A stretch of DNA of 64,000 nucleotides from Octopus vulgaris (GCA_951406725.2 OX597816.1:9858001-9922000), one strand, 5' to 3'. Numbered from the stretch's first letter, positions 1 through 14,330 are shown. Program-made: numbers and translations. Notes: generated by a model not told the origin, from the sequence alone.

Positions 1-904
1 TATTTATCTATCTATCTCTCTATATACACACAGCACACACACACACAAACACACGTGCAAGTGTGTGTGTAGACTTCAACAAGTGGCTTAAGACAGTCTA
101 CACAAAAAAACCGAAAAGAAAACAATATAAGGAATAATTTGATGACAATAACCAAGTAATTCATCTAAAATTTTGTTAGTAGAGAAGTCTTGGTTGACTG
201 TAAACGATAGCAGAAAGCCACCTACAGCTGACTGCATATGCGTGTGTGTGTGCGCGTGCACGACTGTATATGCGTATCTGTACATATGCATGAGCGTGTG
301 TGTGCATAAGTACGTATATATATATGTACATGAATATATTAGAGAATATTTTATTTAAAAGTAAAATTAAGGAAAGGTATTACAAGTTCTTTTCTTTTTT
401 CATTTTTTCTGTTAATTGACAGTATGACAGAATGTGTTTTTACGTTGTGAAACTGTACTCATTTCATACAAATTTTCCTCCCCATTTTATACGATATCTT
501 GATTATTTTCAAGAATCATTGTTTGTTTGAAATATTCATAATGACAAAATACCGAGGAAATGTCAGAGATTGTCTCGAAATATTTGAGGTAATTAAGCTT
601 TGAGAAATGTTTGATTTTTGTGATTAGAAGATTAGAAGATTTTTGTGATTATAAGAATGGGAAAAGTTGCTTTATTTGTTGAGATTAATATTTCAGTAAA
701 ATTGAGTAGATGAGAATTTCATAAATGTTTGATTATTTCAAAGTTTCTGATTTAGTTTCACTTTCTGTTTCATTTTCTGTTTTCCAGGAGACAAGAAGAA
801 CTGAATTTGTTTGCTATCATATATGTGTGTGTGTGTGTTTGTGCATGTGCTTAAGAGCATGGAGTTTTACAGATATATTGGAGGAGAGGTGTTTAAAAGT
901 AATT

Positions 905-1186
905 ATGTGAGTGCCGTGCTTGAGTAGAAGACCCATCGAGCCGAGAGAATCATAGTTGTGGCAGATACTGGTGTCATGCAACTGGTGCCCATGCCATAAA
1001 AGCACCCGTTACACCCTGAGAGGGGTTGGTGTTAGGAAGGGCATCCAGCCATAGAAAACCCGTGTCAAATCAGACTGGAGTCTGGTGCAACCTTCCAGCT
1101 TGCCAGCCTTGGTCAAACTGTCCAACCCATGCCAGCATAGATAACGGATGTTAAATGATGATAATGATGATGATGATGATGATGAT
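905..1186 (+). mobile_element. RTE LINE 3'-tail copy (short, non-coding)
   Basis: Contains GGTTGGTGTTAGGAAGGGCATCCAGC...CCAACCCATGCCAGCAT and a (GAT)n tail, matching the 3' end of the RTE at 17185-21076. Confidence 0.8.
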
Positions 1187-2126
1187 GCTACACACACACA
1201 CACACACATACACTTCACACATATGTGAAGGCATACACAAGCACAGGTGTGTCTATACACCTTCACATACACACCTACACTAAAATTTAAACACTTCTTC
1301 ATATATTCTTTCGTGTTTTTCTTCCGTTTACTAGTTACAGCCATTAGGCTGTGACCATGCTGGAGCATTGGTTGTAAAGGTTTTAGTGTATCACATCAAC
1401 CACGCTACTTATTCCAGTCTGGTGTTTATCGATATCTGTTTGTTGATCTGCTAATCTTACAGGGTCTAAAGGGATAAAACATACAGAATGATGCTGTGTT
1501 TTATTTTCTCACAGGTGTAAATGTAACACAGGCAGGAACACACAAACACACAAATATGTGTATGTAGCAGGCTTCTCTATAGTTTCCATGTACTGTATTT
1601 CACTTGCAAGAAGTAGAAGTCAACCTGAGGCTTCAGAGAAAGATACTGCTTAAGGCAGTGCACTGTGGTATTGAACCTAGTGCCATGTGATATCAAAGTG
1701 AGCTTCTTATACCAAAGCTTGTGTCTATGGGTACATGAATGCTTATTGTATGAGAGATCACATGAAAGAGGGTAGACCCTCAAATAGTTTAGAAACAAGG
1801 AGATATTAAAACCAGGTTAAAAGGAGTGAAATTTACAAAAAAGAAAAAAAAAATGAAAAATATTAAATAACAAGAAAATGAGAAGAGAGATGACAGGTGA
1901 CAAAAACATTGTCCACACACACACACAAACAGATACACATACACAAACTGATACACACACACACACACAGAGAAAGATACCCACCCCCACCCCCACCAAA
2001 CAGAAAGATCGCATTGTGAATGCGAAAATGTATTGAATACGAGTAAAATTACAACTAGTATATATAATCATAGCATAACGACAGTTAGAATGTAGATAAG
2101 GTAAAAAAGGGTACTCGGGTACTTAC

Positions 2127-2236
2127 AGTGACTTGAGATCTGCTGAAGCGTTCAATCCACTGACCGAAAATATAAGTAGACTTTGGAATAAAACCAAGCC
2201 AAAAGGTTTAAGGGTAAAAGCCTGTCTTCTTGACAT
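2127..2236 (-). CDS. Probable first coding exon of a secreted or membrane protein (signal-peptide-like N-terminus)
   Basis: Minus strand reads CACC-ATG then MSRRQAFTLKPFGLVLFQSLLIFSVSGLNASADLKS plus 2 nt, followed directly by a GTAAGT donor (2126-2121). Basic n-region, hydrophobic h-region, small residues (VSG/ASA) at a likely cleavage site. Unique, non-repetitive sequence. No downstream exon identified. Confidence 0.65.
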
Positions 2237-2328
2237 GGTGATTCCTTGTTCACATATGGAGTACTTGTTCAGTTTTTTTTTTTTAATTATATATATGTAT
2301 ATAATTTTTACTTCAAAAGAGAAGAGCC

Positions 2329-2370
<42 letters not shown>

Positions 2371-2439
2371 TTATTACGAGGGATGTGTTTCTTCTTGCTT
2401 TTAGCTGGTTGGAAGAAGCAAGTGTTCTTTCTCCCTATT

Positions 2440-2471
<32 letters not shown>

Positions 2472-3779
2472 CCTCTTGTTCTTCCTCACTCACTCTCTCA
2501 CTCTTTCTCTTTCTGTATGTCTGTATTTTCTCTTCCTCTTTATCTCTTTTTCCACCTCACTCACTTCCTAGTTTTGCAGTCTCCCTCCCTCCCTCTTTCA
2601 CATTTGTTTACCTTCTGCTCATCGTGGCTTTAATTTTTTTTTTTTTTTTACTTCTGCCAAAAGAAAAGACAGTGTGACAGGGAAAAAAGGAGAAAAGGTG
2701 TGTTTGCTTGGTGGAATATGTGAAATTTGTGTTTTTAAAGAAGAATAAAAAAAGGAAATTAATAAATTAAAATTTCTGTTAAACTTGAATAACTTCCCTG
2801 GACAGATTTTTATCTTTTATTTTTCTCTTTTCAATATCAATGTATCAACTTCATCTATTGTTTCTCCTTATAGAGAGAGCCTGTTTTTTTTTTTTTTACT
2901 GTTTTCTTGGTTTTAAAATTTTTATGAAAAAATTTTTCATAAAATACCGATGGACAAATTGAGAAAAATCATCCTTTTATTATTTGAAAAATTATTTGTA
3001 AGAGAAACAAAAGATAACGAAAAAGACGAGAGTGTCGAATAATTTAAAAGAAAGAGAAATTATAAAATGAAGAAAAAGAAACTTTAAAATGACTGATTTT
3101 CGTGAGAAAAAGTAGCAAATAATTTTTTTTTTTTTTTTCACTTTTTAAATTACTTTAAACTCAAGGTTCCAGGGTTTCTAGCAATATTACAAGTTTTGAG
3201 AGAATTTATTATGTTTTTTTCATATATCTCTCTTTTTATCTTTCATTCTATTATTCCATTTTATAAACTTTGTTTCGTTTCGAATTAGTTTTGGGTAGGA
3301 ACTATTTTACAACTTTCTTAACACCAGTTGGATGGATGTGGAGCAAGGCCAGAATCGGATTAATAATAAAATAAAATAACAGATTGTATCCAATCAATTT
3401 GTCAAGCTTTATATCTCTTTTTTTTTTTTTCACTTTTCAATGTTATTTATCATTTTTTTAACAGAGAAAACAAAAATATTTTATATTCCTATCTAGGGAG
3501 TTTCTTTTCCACTTTTTCATCAATTCATTGAAATATTATTGAGCCTGTTGTTGTTATAGGTGTTGTTTTGCTTTTAAAATTATTAGTACTATTATTATTA
3601 CTATTATTGTTAGTGGTAGTAGTATTCTTTTTTGTTGTTTTTATAATTAGTATTAGTATTTTTTTTCTTTTTTGTACATTTTTCTCTAAAATTCAACTGT
3701 TTGTAACTTATGAAATATTGCGATGATAAACGGCATAATAAACCTGTAGGGTAGAATAAAGAAAAAACAAGAAAAGTAT

Positions 3780-4827
3780 AAGAAAGTCTGGAAACTGTGG
3801 TGGAAGTAGTAGTAGTGTTGGTGGAGGTGGAGGTGGTGGTTGTAGTTGTGATGGTTGTGGTTGTGGCAGGACGTCAAGTATATTGTCCAATAAGGTGTTA
3901 CCAGAGGAGGAGCAGGAAACAATGGTAGTGTAGGTGCCAGTTCTGTTGGTTTGCTTGTTTTTAACATAGGTGTTGGAGATGATGCTGAAGAGGATGGCAG
4001 CAGTGATGACGACGACGACAACAACAACGACGGCGACAACAACATTTGCAGCAGAAATGATGATGTGTGTGGTTGTGTCCGAGCATCTGTCCAGCGTGTG
4101 TCATTGGCGATCGTGTCCGAGCAGTTTGTGTTGCTTGTGTGGGAAGGTGTGCCAGTTGTTGCGATGCTATTGATGATGACGATGTTGTTGTTGTTGTTGT
4201 TGCTGCTGCTGTTGTTTTTGTTGTTGTTGTTGTTGTTATGTTGGTGGTGGAAGATACTGGAAGAAGAAGAGGCAGTGACAGAGGAGGGGTTAGCAGAGGT
4301 AGTTGTGGTTATGGTGGTGGTGTCGGTGGTCGTGGTTGTGTTATCAGTGTCTGTGGTTTTGATGGTAATATTGATGTTTCCAGTAATATTGTTGATGTTG
4401 TTGTTATTGTTGTTGTTGTTGTTGTTGTTTATAGAGGTGGTGGTGGTAGTGTTGCCGGTGGTGGTGGTGGTGTCGGTGGTGGTGGTGTCAGTGGTTGTGT
4501 TATCAGTGTCTGTGGTTTTGATGGTAATATTGACGTTTCCAGTAATATTGTTGATATTGTTGTTGTTATTGTTTTTGTTGTTGTTGTTGTTGTTGTTTAT
4601 AGTGGCGTTGGCGGTGGTGGTGGTGGTGGTGGTAGTGATGGGGGTGGTGACAACAGCAGGGGCTGTGTTGAGAGAAAGCAACGACTTTGGTAGTATTGTA
4701 ACTACACACATATTAATTCAGCGCTATTGTAGTGCATCCCTCATTGCTGGGCCGGCACAACTGAACAGCGGCAAGCAGCTAGTATCATTCATTCGACTCA
4801 GCAGCACTACCACTGCTGCTGCTGCTG

Positions 4828-4865
<38 letters not shown>

Positions 4866-5069
4866 GCAGCTGCTGCTGCTGTTTTCAACTACTGCTGCTG
4901 CTGCTGTTGCAACTGCTGCTGCTGCCGCTGTTGTTGTTGTTGTTGTTGTTGTTGTTATTTCTAACACTACTATAGCTGTCTTAGTGTTTGCTATGACTGA
5001 TTTTTGCGATGCTGTTCCGTGGCTTAGGAAAGAGCGATTCTGAACTGAATATTCTAGTTATTGATGTAT

Positions 5070-5149
<80 letters not shown>

Positions 5150-5807
5150 TATGGCTGTCAATATCACTACTACTGCTACTTCATCCACAACAACAACAAT
5201 AGCAACAACAACAACAATTTATTCACTCTCCTGTATTTTATTTACTGTCGCTATTTCACCTTCAATGACGACAACAACAACAACAACAACATCTATAACA
5301 ACAACAACAACATCCATAACAACAACAGCATCCATAACAACAACAACAACATCCATAACAACAACAACAACAGCATCCATAACAACAACAACAACATCCA
5401 TAACAGCAACAACAACAGCATCCATTACAACAACAACATCCATAACAACAACAACAACAACAACAACAGCATCCATAACAACAACAACAACATCCATAAC
5501 AACAACAACAACAACAACAGCATCCATAACAACAACAACAACATCCATAACAACAACAACATCCATAACAACAACAACAACATCCATAACAACAACAACA
5601 ACATCCATAACAACAACAACAACAACAACAACAGCATCCACAACAACAACAACAATTTATTCACTCTCCTCTATAATATTCACTGTCGCTATTTCACCTT
5701 CAACGACAACAACAACAACAACAACAACAGCATCCACAACGACAACAACAACAACAACAATTTCACTTTCAACTGTTAATACTATTCACTATTGCTATTT
5801 CACCTTT

Positions 5808-5853
<46 letters not shown>

Positions 5854-5964
5854 GCAACAACAACGGCTGCAGTTGTTAACGTTTTACAGTATTGCTGTTT
5901 GCAATGCCACACAGATGACTGTAACGACAACAACAACAGCAATTACACTTGTTAGCATCACCCA

Positions 5965-5995
<31 letters not shown>

Positions 5996-6119
5996 TTTGC
6001 TGCTGTTACTGCCGCAATAACTGTAACTAACACAGTCACATGTTGTACAAGCACTGTACTGCTACACGAGCCGCGACCAAACAACAACAAAAACAGCAAC
6101 CACTACTACTGCAACTACA

Positions 6120-6167
<48 letters not shown>

Positions 6168-6295
6168 GCTAGTGCTATTGCTACAGTTTGATATTATTTT
6201 CACTGATGATAGTACAACAACATCATTAGCTACAATTGCTAGTGTTAAGACAATATCTACAACCAAAACAGATACTACAACCTAAACAACACCAT

Positions 6296-6328
<33 letters not shown>

Positions 6329-6628
6329 GTACTATTACTACTACTGCTACTGATTGGTACTAAGGTTGTTGATATTGCTAGCATCGATGACAATAACAAC
6401 ATGAACTCGCCAATGGTGATGCTATTTAATACTATTTCCGCTATAATAAAAGTACCAACCGACCAACCGACCAATCAACCAACCAGCCACACACTAACAG
6501 CAGTACTAAGTGAAGTAGTCATCATCATCATCATCACTAGCAGTAACAACAACAACAACAACAGTTACACTAAAATTGACAACCTCACTGATATCAACTC
6601 TCTAATGACAATAACCGTCACCACCACC

Positions 6629-6679
<51 letters not shown>

Positions 6680-6900
6680 GCTACCACCACTACTACTACC
6701 ACTACTACTACTACTCCTACTACAGCAAATACTGTATAACAACAAAACTGCATAGACAACCTTATATAACAGCAATGCTAAGAAGTGAGATTTTAAAAAA
6801 CAAAAAAAAAACATTGCATCTATAGTAACAACAATAACAATACACAAATTACAATATCATCATCATCATCATCATCAACAGCAGCAGCAACGACAACAGT
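3780..6900. repeat. ~3 kb mosaic of trinucleotide repeats (GTT/GGT/CAA/CTA/CAG) with a (GA)n tract
   Basis: Direct reading. Internal duplications at 4332/4491 and 5217/5655. Produces long low-complexity ORFs on both strands. Confidence 0.9.
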
Positions 6901-7059
6901 TGTAGTATTAGCAGTAGGAGTAGTTACAACATACTGACAAGTTAAAAACAGCCACGCCTACATAAATATATCTCTAAACACCATCAAATACACATAGTGC
7001 TAATTATTATTATTATTATTATTATTAGTAGTATTAGTATCATCATCATCATCATTGTT

Positions 7060-7266
7060 AAGGTGGTGTGCTGGCAGAATCGTTAGCACACAGGGCTAAA
7101 TAATTAGCGGTGCTTTATGTTTTGAGTTCAAATGCCATTGAGGTCAACTTTGCCTTTCATGTTTCCGGGGGTCGAAGTAATATAAACCAGTTGAGTATTG
7201 GGGGTCAATGTAATCGACTGGCCTCTGCCCCCCAAATTTCAGGCCTTGTGCCTATAGCAGAAAGGA

Positions 7267-7298
<32 letters not shown>

Positions 7299-7565
7299 GT
7301 TGTTGTTGTTGTTAAGGTGGTGAGCCGGTAGAATCGTTAGCACGCCAGGTAAAATGCTTAGCGGCTTATCTTCACGCTTTACATTCTGGGTTCCAATGCC
7401 CCCAAGGTCAACTTTGCCTTTCATCTTTTCCGGGTCAATGAAATGAGTACCAGCTGAGCACTGGGTCGGGGTGGGGGTCAATGTAACTGACCAGCACCCC
7501 ACCCTCCCCTGCTCCCACACTTGTTGGCCACATGACAAAATTCAAAACCGTTACTACTGCTGCTG

Positions 7566-7598
<33 letters not shown>

Positions 7599-7800
7599 AT
7601 CTGGCAGAATCATTAGCACGCTGGGCAAAATGCTGACTGGCATTTCTTCCAGCTGTACATTCTTAGTTCAAATCCTGCTCAGGTTGATACTGCCTTTCAA
7701 TATTTTGGAAGGGTGTCAATAAAGTAAGTACCAATTGAGCACTGAGGTCAGTGTAATCGACTTGACCCCACCCTCTTCCCAAATTTCAGGCTTTGTACCC
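7060..7800 (+). mobile_element. Three head-to-tail degenerate tRNA-derived SINEs (family A)
   Basis: Each has a CTGGCAGAATCGTTAGCAC-like A-box head, a GAGTTCAAAT-like B-box and a TTGCCTTTCAT...AGTACCAG-like core. Copies are separated by (ATT)n/(CTA)n tails. Confidence 0.75.
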
Positions 7801-7804
7801 ATAT

Positions 7805-8220
7805 TATTTTATTTGTTTCAGTCATTTGACTGTGGTCATGCTGGAGCACTGCTTTTAGTTGAGCAAATCGACTCCAGAACTTATTCTTTGTAAGCCTAGT
7901 ACTTATTCTATCAGTCTCATTTGCTACACCGCTAAGTTACAGGGACGTAAACACACCAGCATCAGTTGTCAAGCGATATTGGTGGGAGGGGGGATAAATA
8001 CAGACACACAAGCATACACACTCACACACATGCATATACATACACACATATATATATATATACAATGGGGTTTCAGTTTCTATCTACCAAATCCACTCAC
8101 AAGGCTTTGGTCATCTTGAGGCTATAGAAGATACTTGCCCAAGATGCCATGTAGTGGGACTGAACCTGGAACCATGTGGTTGGTAAGCAAGCTTCTTACC
8201 ACACAGCCATTCTGGCACCC
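7805..8220 (-). mobile_element. tRNA/CORE-type SINE (family B, ~400 bp)
   Basis: Reverse complement gives a TGGCTGTGTGGTAAG...GGTTCAGTCCCACT head, a CTTGGGCAAGT core, an internal (TA/TG)n and a 3' GCTCCAGCATG...CAAATGACTGAAACA end. Confidence 0.85.
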
Positions 8221-8831
8221 ATAGTAGAAGGAATTATCATTAGGATCGTTGATTAACAGAATGGTTAATGGGCAGTAACAAAAAATGCTTTGTAATATTT
8301 CTTCTGGCTCTTTATGAGCTGAGTTCAGAACATAAATGGGTCCTCATTTAGGCACAAGGCCAGCAATTTTGGAGGGTCTGTCAATACTGTCAACTTGGTT
8401 CTTGTCTAGTATGTAATTTTTCTTGAAGCCAAAAAGATGAAAGGTAAAGTTGACTGCAGCAAATTTGAACTCAGAACATAAAGACAAAGTAAACGCTGCT
8501 AGGCATTTTGCTCACTTCCTTATTATGTATTTATAAATATTAGCTAGACTAACAATTGTGTTTGTATGTGGGTGAAAGGGAGTGGGGACATCCTGCTTTA
8601 GAAATCCTATAACTATCTGTAATTTGAGTTATAATATGACAAGGTGTAAAACTTAATATACCACCCACTTTAACACCCAAAATGAACCCTTATTTTCATT
8701 TAGTTAATCCCACACTGTTGACCATAAGTACAGGAATGAAATTTGCTTAGGTGGGGGTACAAACCCAGGTCCAAAACTTTTTACAAATAGGATTGATATT
8801 TTTCAATCTTAAATATCAAAACAAACGCAAC

Positions 8832-8888
<57 letters not shown>

Positions 8889-8896
8889 TATTATTA

Positions 8897-8934
<38 letters not shown>

Positions 8935-9332
8935 TTTGTCCATCAATCAAATCAGATAGGTATGGAAATGTAATGTTTCAAATTAGTCCAAAATATTTCT
9001 ATGGACATTTGTTTTAGCAATGAAACTTTTCAGGAGGATATTCAAAGCGTTTTTCATTTGTTATCTGAAAGCAATTCATCTTATCTGTCAAAGATGGGGC
9101 CTCATTAATGCCGCTTTTCTTCTTTGACAAAGCTATTGAAAAGTAAAATTTCAACTTCTTGTTAGATCTGGAGGAAGGTGTAAAACCCTTTCACAGGCCC
9201 CCTAACTAATGACACTGTTGATGTTAAGGCTCTGCTTAAACTGTCGCAAGTCAATACATATACACAGGTAAGATATGAGCAAGGAGGGAGGTCCGGAGGA
9301 CTGATGTTCTGGGGAAGAAGGACTGAAGGTAA

Positions 9333-9765
9333 TCATCATCATCATCATCATCATCGTTTAACGTCTGTTCTCCATGCTAGCATGGGTTGGACGGTTCGAC
9401 CGGGGATCTGGGAAGTCAGAAGGCTGCACCAGGCTCCAGTCTTTTCTGGCAATGTTTCTACAGCTGGATGCCCTTCCAAATGCCAACCACTCCGTGAGTG
9501 TAGTGGGTGCTTTTTATGTGCCACCCGCACAGGTGCCAGGCGAGGCTGGCAACGGCCACGGTTGGATTGGTGCATTTTACGTGCCACCGGCACGGAAGCC
9601 AGTCGAGGCGGCACTGGCTTCGGCCACGATTCAGATGGTGCTTTTTACGTGCCACCGGCATGGAAGCCAGTCAAGGCGGCACTGGCTTTGGCCGACGGCA
9701 CTGGCTTCGGCCAGGCACTGGCTTCGGCCAGCACTGGCTTCGGCCTGACGGCACTGGCTTCGGCG
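9333..9765 (-). mobile_element. RTE 3'-tail copy with internal tandem modules
   Basis: (CAT)n then the RTE terminal sequence, three GTGCCACC modules and short GCACTGGCTTCGGC repeats. Confidence 0.85.
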
Positions 9766-10434
9766 GTTAACGAAAAGCCTGTGGTGTTAGACACAATAAA
9801 TAGAAGTGAGGAGAGAAAGGCAATTGAGTGAGATATGAGTGATGAAACTGCTCCCAGGAAGAGAAGCTGATACAGAAGTGATATGAAAATATATAGAATT
9901 TAGAACCAGCATTGAAAGTTACAATGTTTCGTATATGAATATGTCTATGGAAACAATGCTATCAAAAATATAAAAATAGTAATGTGTGTATATACATATT
10001 TCAGGTGTTCTTGATCACTCTTCAGTACCACACTGACCACATTAACCATCCACATACACATTACTTAACTAACTATTAAGTTTAGTGGTATAACACAATT
10101 GGAGATACCAATTTTATATGTGAATCACATTCCTGGCAACTGGTACATCGTCATTGTTGTTTTACGTCTGCTTTCCATGCTGGCATGGGTTGGATGGTTT
10201 GATTGCGGACTGGCAAGCTGGGAAACTGCACCAGGCTCCAATCTGATTTGGCAAGGTTTCTACACCTGGATGCCCTTCTTAATGCCAACTACATATTAAC
10301 TGATGTTAGGGACACTGTATGCAACCATAATAGACTACAAAGTACATTAAAAGCTTAAAATTCAATACTACATCCTACTTGTGTTAGCAGTGCTACTAAA
10401 TCACTTTTTAAAGTTATCTCTACACGTTTTCTAT

Positions 10435-10885
10435 AAATGTGCTTGACAAGACCCATCAAACCAAGTGAAATTGTAGTTGTGGCCAATACCAGTGTCACAT
10501 ATCTAGCATCCATGCTAGTGGCATGTAAAAAGTACCCTTCAAAATTGGGCCTCAAGGAAGCAGTGACAAGTGACCAAGGCCTTTGGTGATAAACTGTACT
10601 TGAGAAGACCTGTCAAGCCAAGTGAGATCATAGTTGTGGCCATTGCCAGTGTTTCATAACTGGAACCTATGCTGGTGGCACGTAAAATGCACCTCCTACA
10701 CTCTTGGAGTGGTTGGTGTTAGGAAGGGCATCCAACTGTAGGAACCATACCAAATCAGACTGAAACCTGGTGCAATTCCCCAGCTTACCAGTTTTCAGTC
10801 AAACCATCCAACCCATGCCAGCATAGACAATGGACATTAAATGATGATGATGATGATAATGATGATAATGATGATGATGATGATA
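10435..10885 (+). mobile_element. Older RTE 3'-tail copy
   Basis: GGTGGCACGTAAAA modules, GGTTGGTGTTAGGAAGGGCATCC, (GAT)n tail. Confidence 0.75.
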
Positions 10886-12799
10886 TCAGCAAATAAATAA
10901 AAAATCTTAGGACAAATTTTTAAAATGAATCCCTAAGAAAGGAGTGCTTATGATTTGACAGTTTAGATGATCATTTATCTTTTACTTGTTTCAGTCTTTG
11001 GGCTCTGGTCATGCTGGAGCACAGCCTTGAAGAGTTTTAACCGAATGAACTCAACCTGTTGATCTAAAACCTTCCATCAAAATTTCTTCCAAGTAAAAGT
11101 TTAATAATGATATCAAATTTTGGTACAAAACCAGCACTTTCAGGGCAGGTGGGTAAGTCAATTACATTGACCCTGGTGCTTAAATCCGAAAGGATGAAAA
11201 ACAAAGTTGACCTCCCTAGAATTTGAACTCAGAACATACATATGGACGAAATGCAACTAAGCATTTTGCCAAGCATGCAAACCATTCTGCTGGCTCACCA
11301 ATTAAATACCTGTTTCATAATGATTGTTATTTTAATAAATTCTTTGTTAATTTTTCTAAATTAATCAAAAGGAAGTCTGTGTATGAGACATTAGTCTCAA
11401 CACCAGTGACAAAACTCTAGTGAAACAAGACACAATGAAAATCCTTTTAACTGCACCAATACAAAACCCAAGAATGGCAATATCGAAGGAGCCACTATGA
11501 TGTTAAATTGTTAGAAATGACAGCCAAAAGCCTCTCAAATCACATGCTTTTAGGACACGATGATCTTGACTGGAATACCTTTGTTCACAACCTGGGATGA
11601 TATGAAAGACACAGAATATTATATCCAGAGTAAGAAGCCTACCAGGCAGTCTCTACTACAGAGTCACTAGAAACAACAGCTAAATACCCCTCATATCATG
11701 CCCTCACTGTCTTTGAAAACATAAAGCAGTTAGGGAGCTTCTACATGGTTGGTTAGTCTCTAGAAATAGCAGCCACAGCTCCCTTATATTTTACTGTCAT
11801 TAAAAAAGGAAAAACGAAGAACCAGTCTGAAGTAAGATAAGATGCATTCATGTGAAGTGCCTTTCACTAAAGGTTCATTTTGACCAGTACTGACCAATAA
11901 CAACAATAACAGGAAGCCGGATGGGTTAATACAAACCTGAATACATGATCTGAACAGAAAAAAACCCACAAAAACAAAGCATTCTGGCTTCTTAATGGCT
12001 TAACTGTTTTGTTACCTATCCACCTGAAAGTACTTGTGGTCTTATGATATAAACTTCCTGTTTTGAAGCGATCTAAGTTAAAGCCCTCCCTTAAAGTTTC
12101 ATGTAATTTATATTCCAAACACCAGTTGGGGTAGCCAAGTATCTCCTCTATAGTAAGACCACTATCTCTGTCCCTGTCCCTTTATATTCTAACCTCTCAC
12201 CTGGCTTACAGGCATTTCCTTCAGTTCCACTCTCTAACTCAGCTAATCAGAAAAAAACGTACCTGTGCAGGTACCACATAAAAAGCACCCATGTTGGTGC
12301 CGAGTAAAATGCACCCAGAACATTGTGTAAAGTGGTTGGCATTAGGAAGGGCATCCAGCCATGGAAACCATATCAAAACAGATAAATGGAGTCTGTTATA
12401 GCTTTCTGACTTGCTGGTTCCTGTTAAACCATCCAATTCATGCCAATAGGGAAAACAGACATTAAATGATGATGATGAAATAAATTTTTCATTTATTTTC
12501 TTTAAAATTTATAGAAACACAACCAATGTATTTGAATAAAAATAGGGTAAGAAAAGGGGTAATGCCTTTTGATCATAAACCCTACTTGACCAGGACTGTT
12601 CTGGGACTAAGCACCACTCTGACCACTGGCTGACAACATTGATGTTTCTTTGTGCAGTTTACTAGAAACAACACTTACATATCCCTCAACTCACCCCCAC
12701 CTTCTAAGAAGCAGAAACAAAGAAAAAATAAAAAAGCCACAATGGATAATGTGATATCAATGCCTGAAAAAGAAATAGGTGGAATATAGTTATGTTTGT

Positions 12800-13307
12800 A
12801 GTTATGATACCTGTGCCGGTGGCACGTAAAAAGCACCATCCGAATGTGGCCGATGCCAGTGCCGCCTTGACTGGCTTCTGTGCCGGTGGCACATGACCTG
12901 CTGTGCTTGAGGTGACCTATTGAGTCAAGTACATCAACATCAAAATAAATATCAAATGGAAATTGTAGTTGTGATACCTGTGCCGGTGGCACATAAAATG
13001 CACCATCTGAACGTGGCCGATGCCAGCGCCACCTTGACTGGCTTCTTTGCCGGTGGCACGTAAAAAGCACCAACCGATCGTGACTGCTGCCAGCCTCCTC
13101 TGGCACTTGTGCCGGTGGTACGTAAAAAGCACCCACTACACTCACGGAGTGGGTGGCGTTAGGAAGGGCATCCAGTTGTAGAAACACTGCCAGATCAGAC
13201 TGGAGCCCGGTGCTGCCTCCTGACTTCCCAGACCCCAGTCAAACCGTCCAACCCATGCCAGCACGAAAAACGGATGTTAAACAATGATGATGATGATGAT
13301 GATGATG
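12800..13307 (+). mobile_element. RTE 3'-tail copy
   Basis: Several GTGCCGGTGGCACGTAAAAAGCACC modules, the RTE terminal sequence and (GAT)n. Confidence 0.85.
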
Positions 13308-13879
13308 TTCATATCTGGATACATCTGATGATAGGCTCTGTTTCTGTTCCATCTAGTTCAACCTAGGGCTATACAACATAATCTCCAACAAATGGTTTAT
13401 AAATGTATCAGAACAAACAATTAAAAACACGAATAAACGGGCCTGCACCTAGCTCTCCTCTGCCAATGATAAACTTACAGGAAAATGTGTGATGCACAGA
13501 TAAAACTGCAGTGTGCAATTTCTTAATGCAAAGGTTGCATAAAATAAAAATGTACCAATTAACTTTGATGTGTACATATGCAGTCATAAATAGGTATTGA
13601 ATAAGCTGGAACATTCTTTCATGATGATAGAATTTCTCTTGGAGGATTCACAGGACTGTCTCTGCCTTAATACAAGTCTGCAACTATATATATATACATT
13701 GAGGCTTGTTCCACTCTCTTTCTCTCTCTCTGTCATTCATTCTTTCCCTATCTTTCTGTCTCTTTCATCTTTATTCTCTTCTTCCCTCACTCTTTCTCTC
13801 TCTCTCTCTCTCTCTTATGCATACCCACAAACACACATTCCAATGAGTTGTAGTACACCTGAGCACTTCATATAATAGC

Positions 13880-14330
13880 ATATTTTACACACACACACAC
13901 AATCACACACACATACAATCATACACACAAACACACACACACACAATCACACATCAAACAAACACACACACACAACATAGTTTTATAAAGCATGTGTGTA
14001 CACACACTCACACACACACACAATTACACATCAAACACACACACACAATCACACACAACATAGTTTTATAAAGCATGTATGTGTACACACACTCACACAC
14101 ACACAATTACACATCAAACACACACACACAATCACACACATGCATGCAACATAGTTTTATAAAGCATGTGTGTGTACACACACTCACACACACACACATA
14201 CACAGTCAAGCAAACAAACATAGTTTTATTATGCATGCATACACACACACACACACACACACACGTTCAAGCATACAAACATACCTTTATAAACCATGTA
14301 CACACACACACACACACACACTACATGTAT
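13880..14330. repeat. CA-rich minisatellite (~70-90 bp unit)
   Basis: AACATAGTTTTATAAAGCATG anchor recurs about 4 times between (CA)n-like spacers. Confidence 0.8.

Noticed and set aside
3951-4964. 337-aa plus-strand ORF (poly-V/L/T/C)
   Set aside because: Antisense or frame reading of triplet repeats. No recognisable domain.
5061-5879. 272-aa mucin-like Thr-rich ORF
   Set aside because: Derived from (GA)n and (CAA)n. No signal peptide or splice evidence, so it is kept only as part of the mosaic finding.
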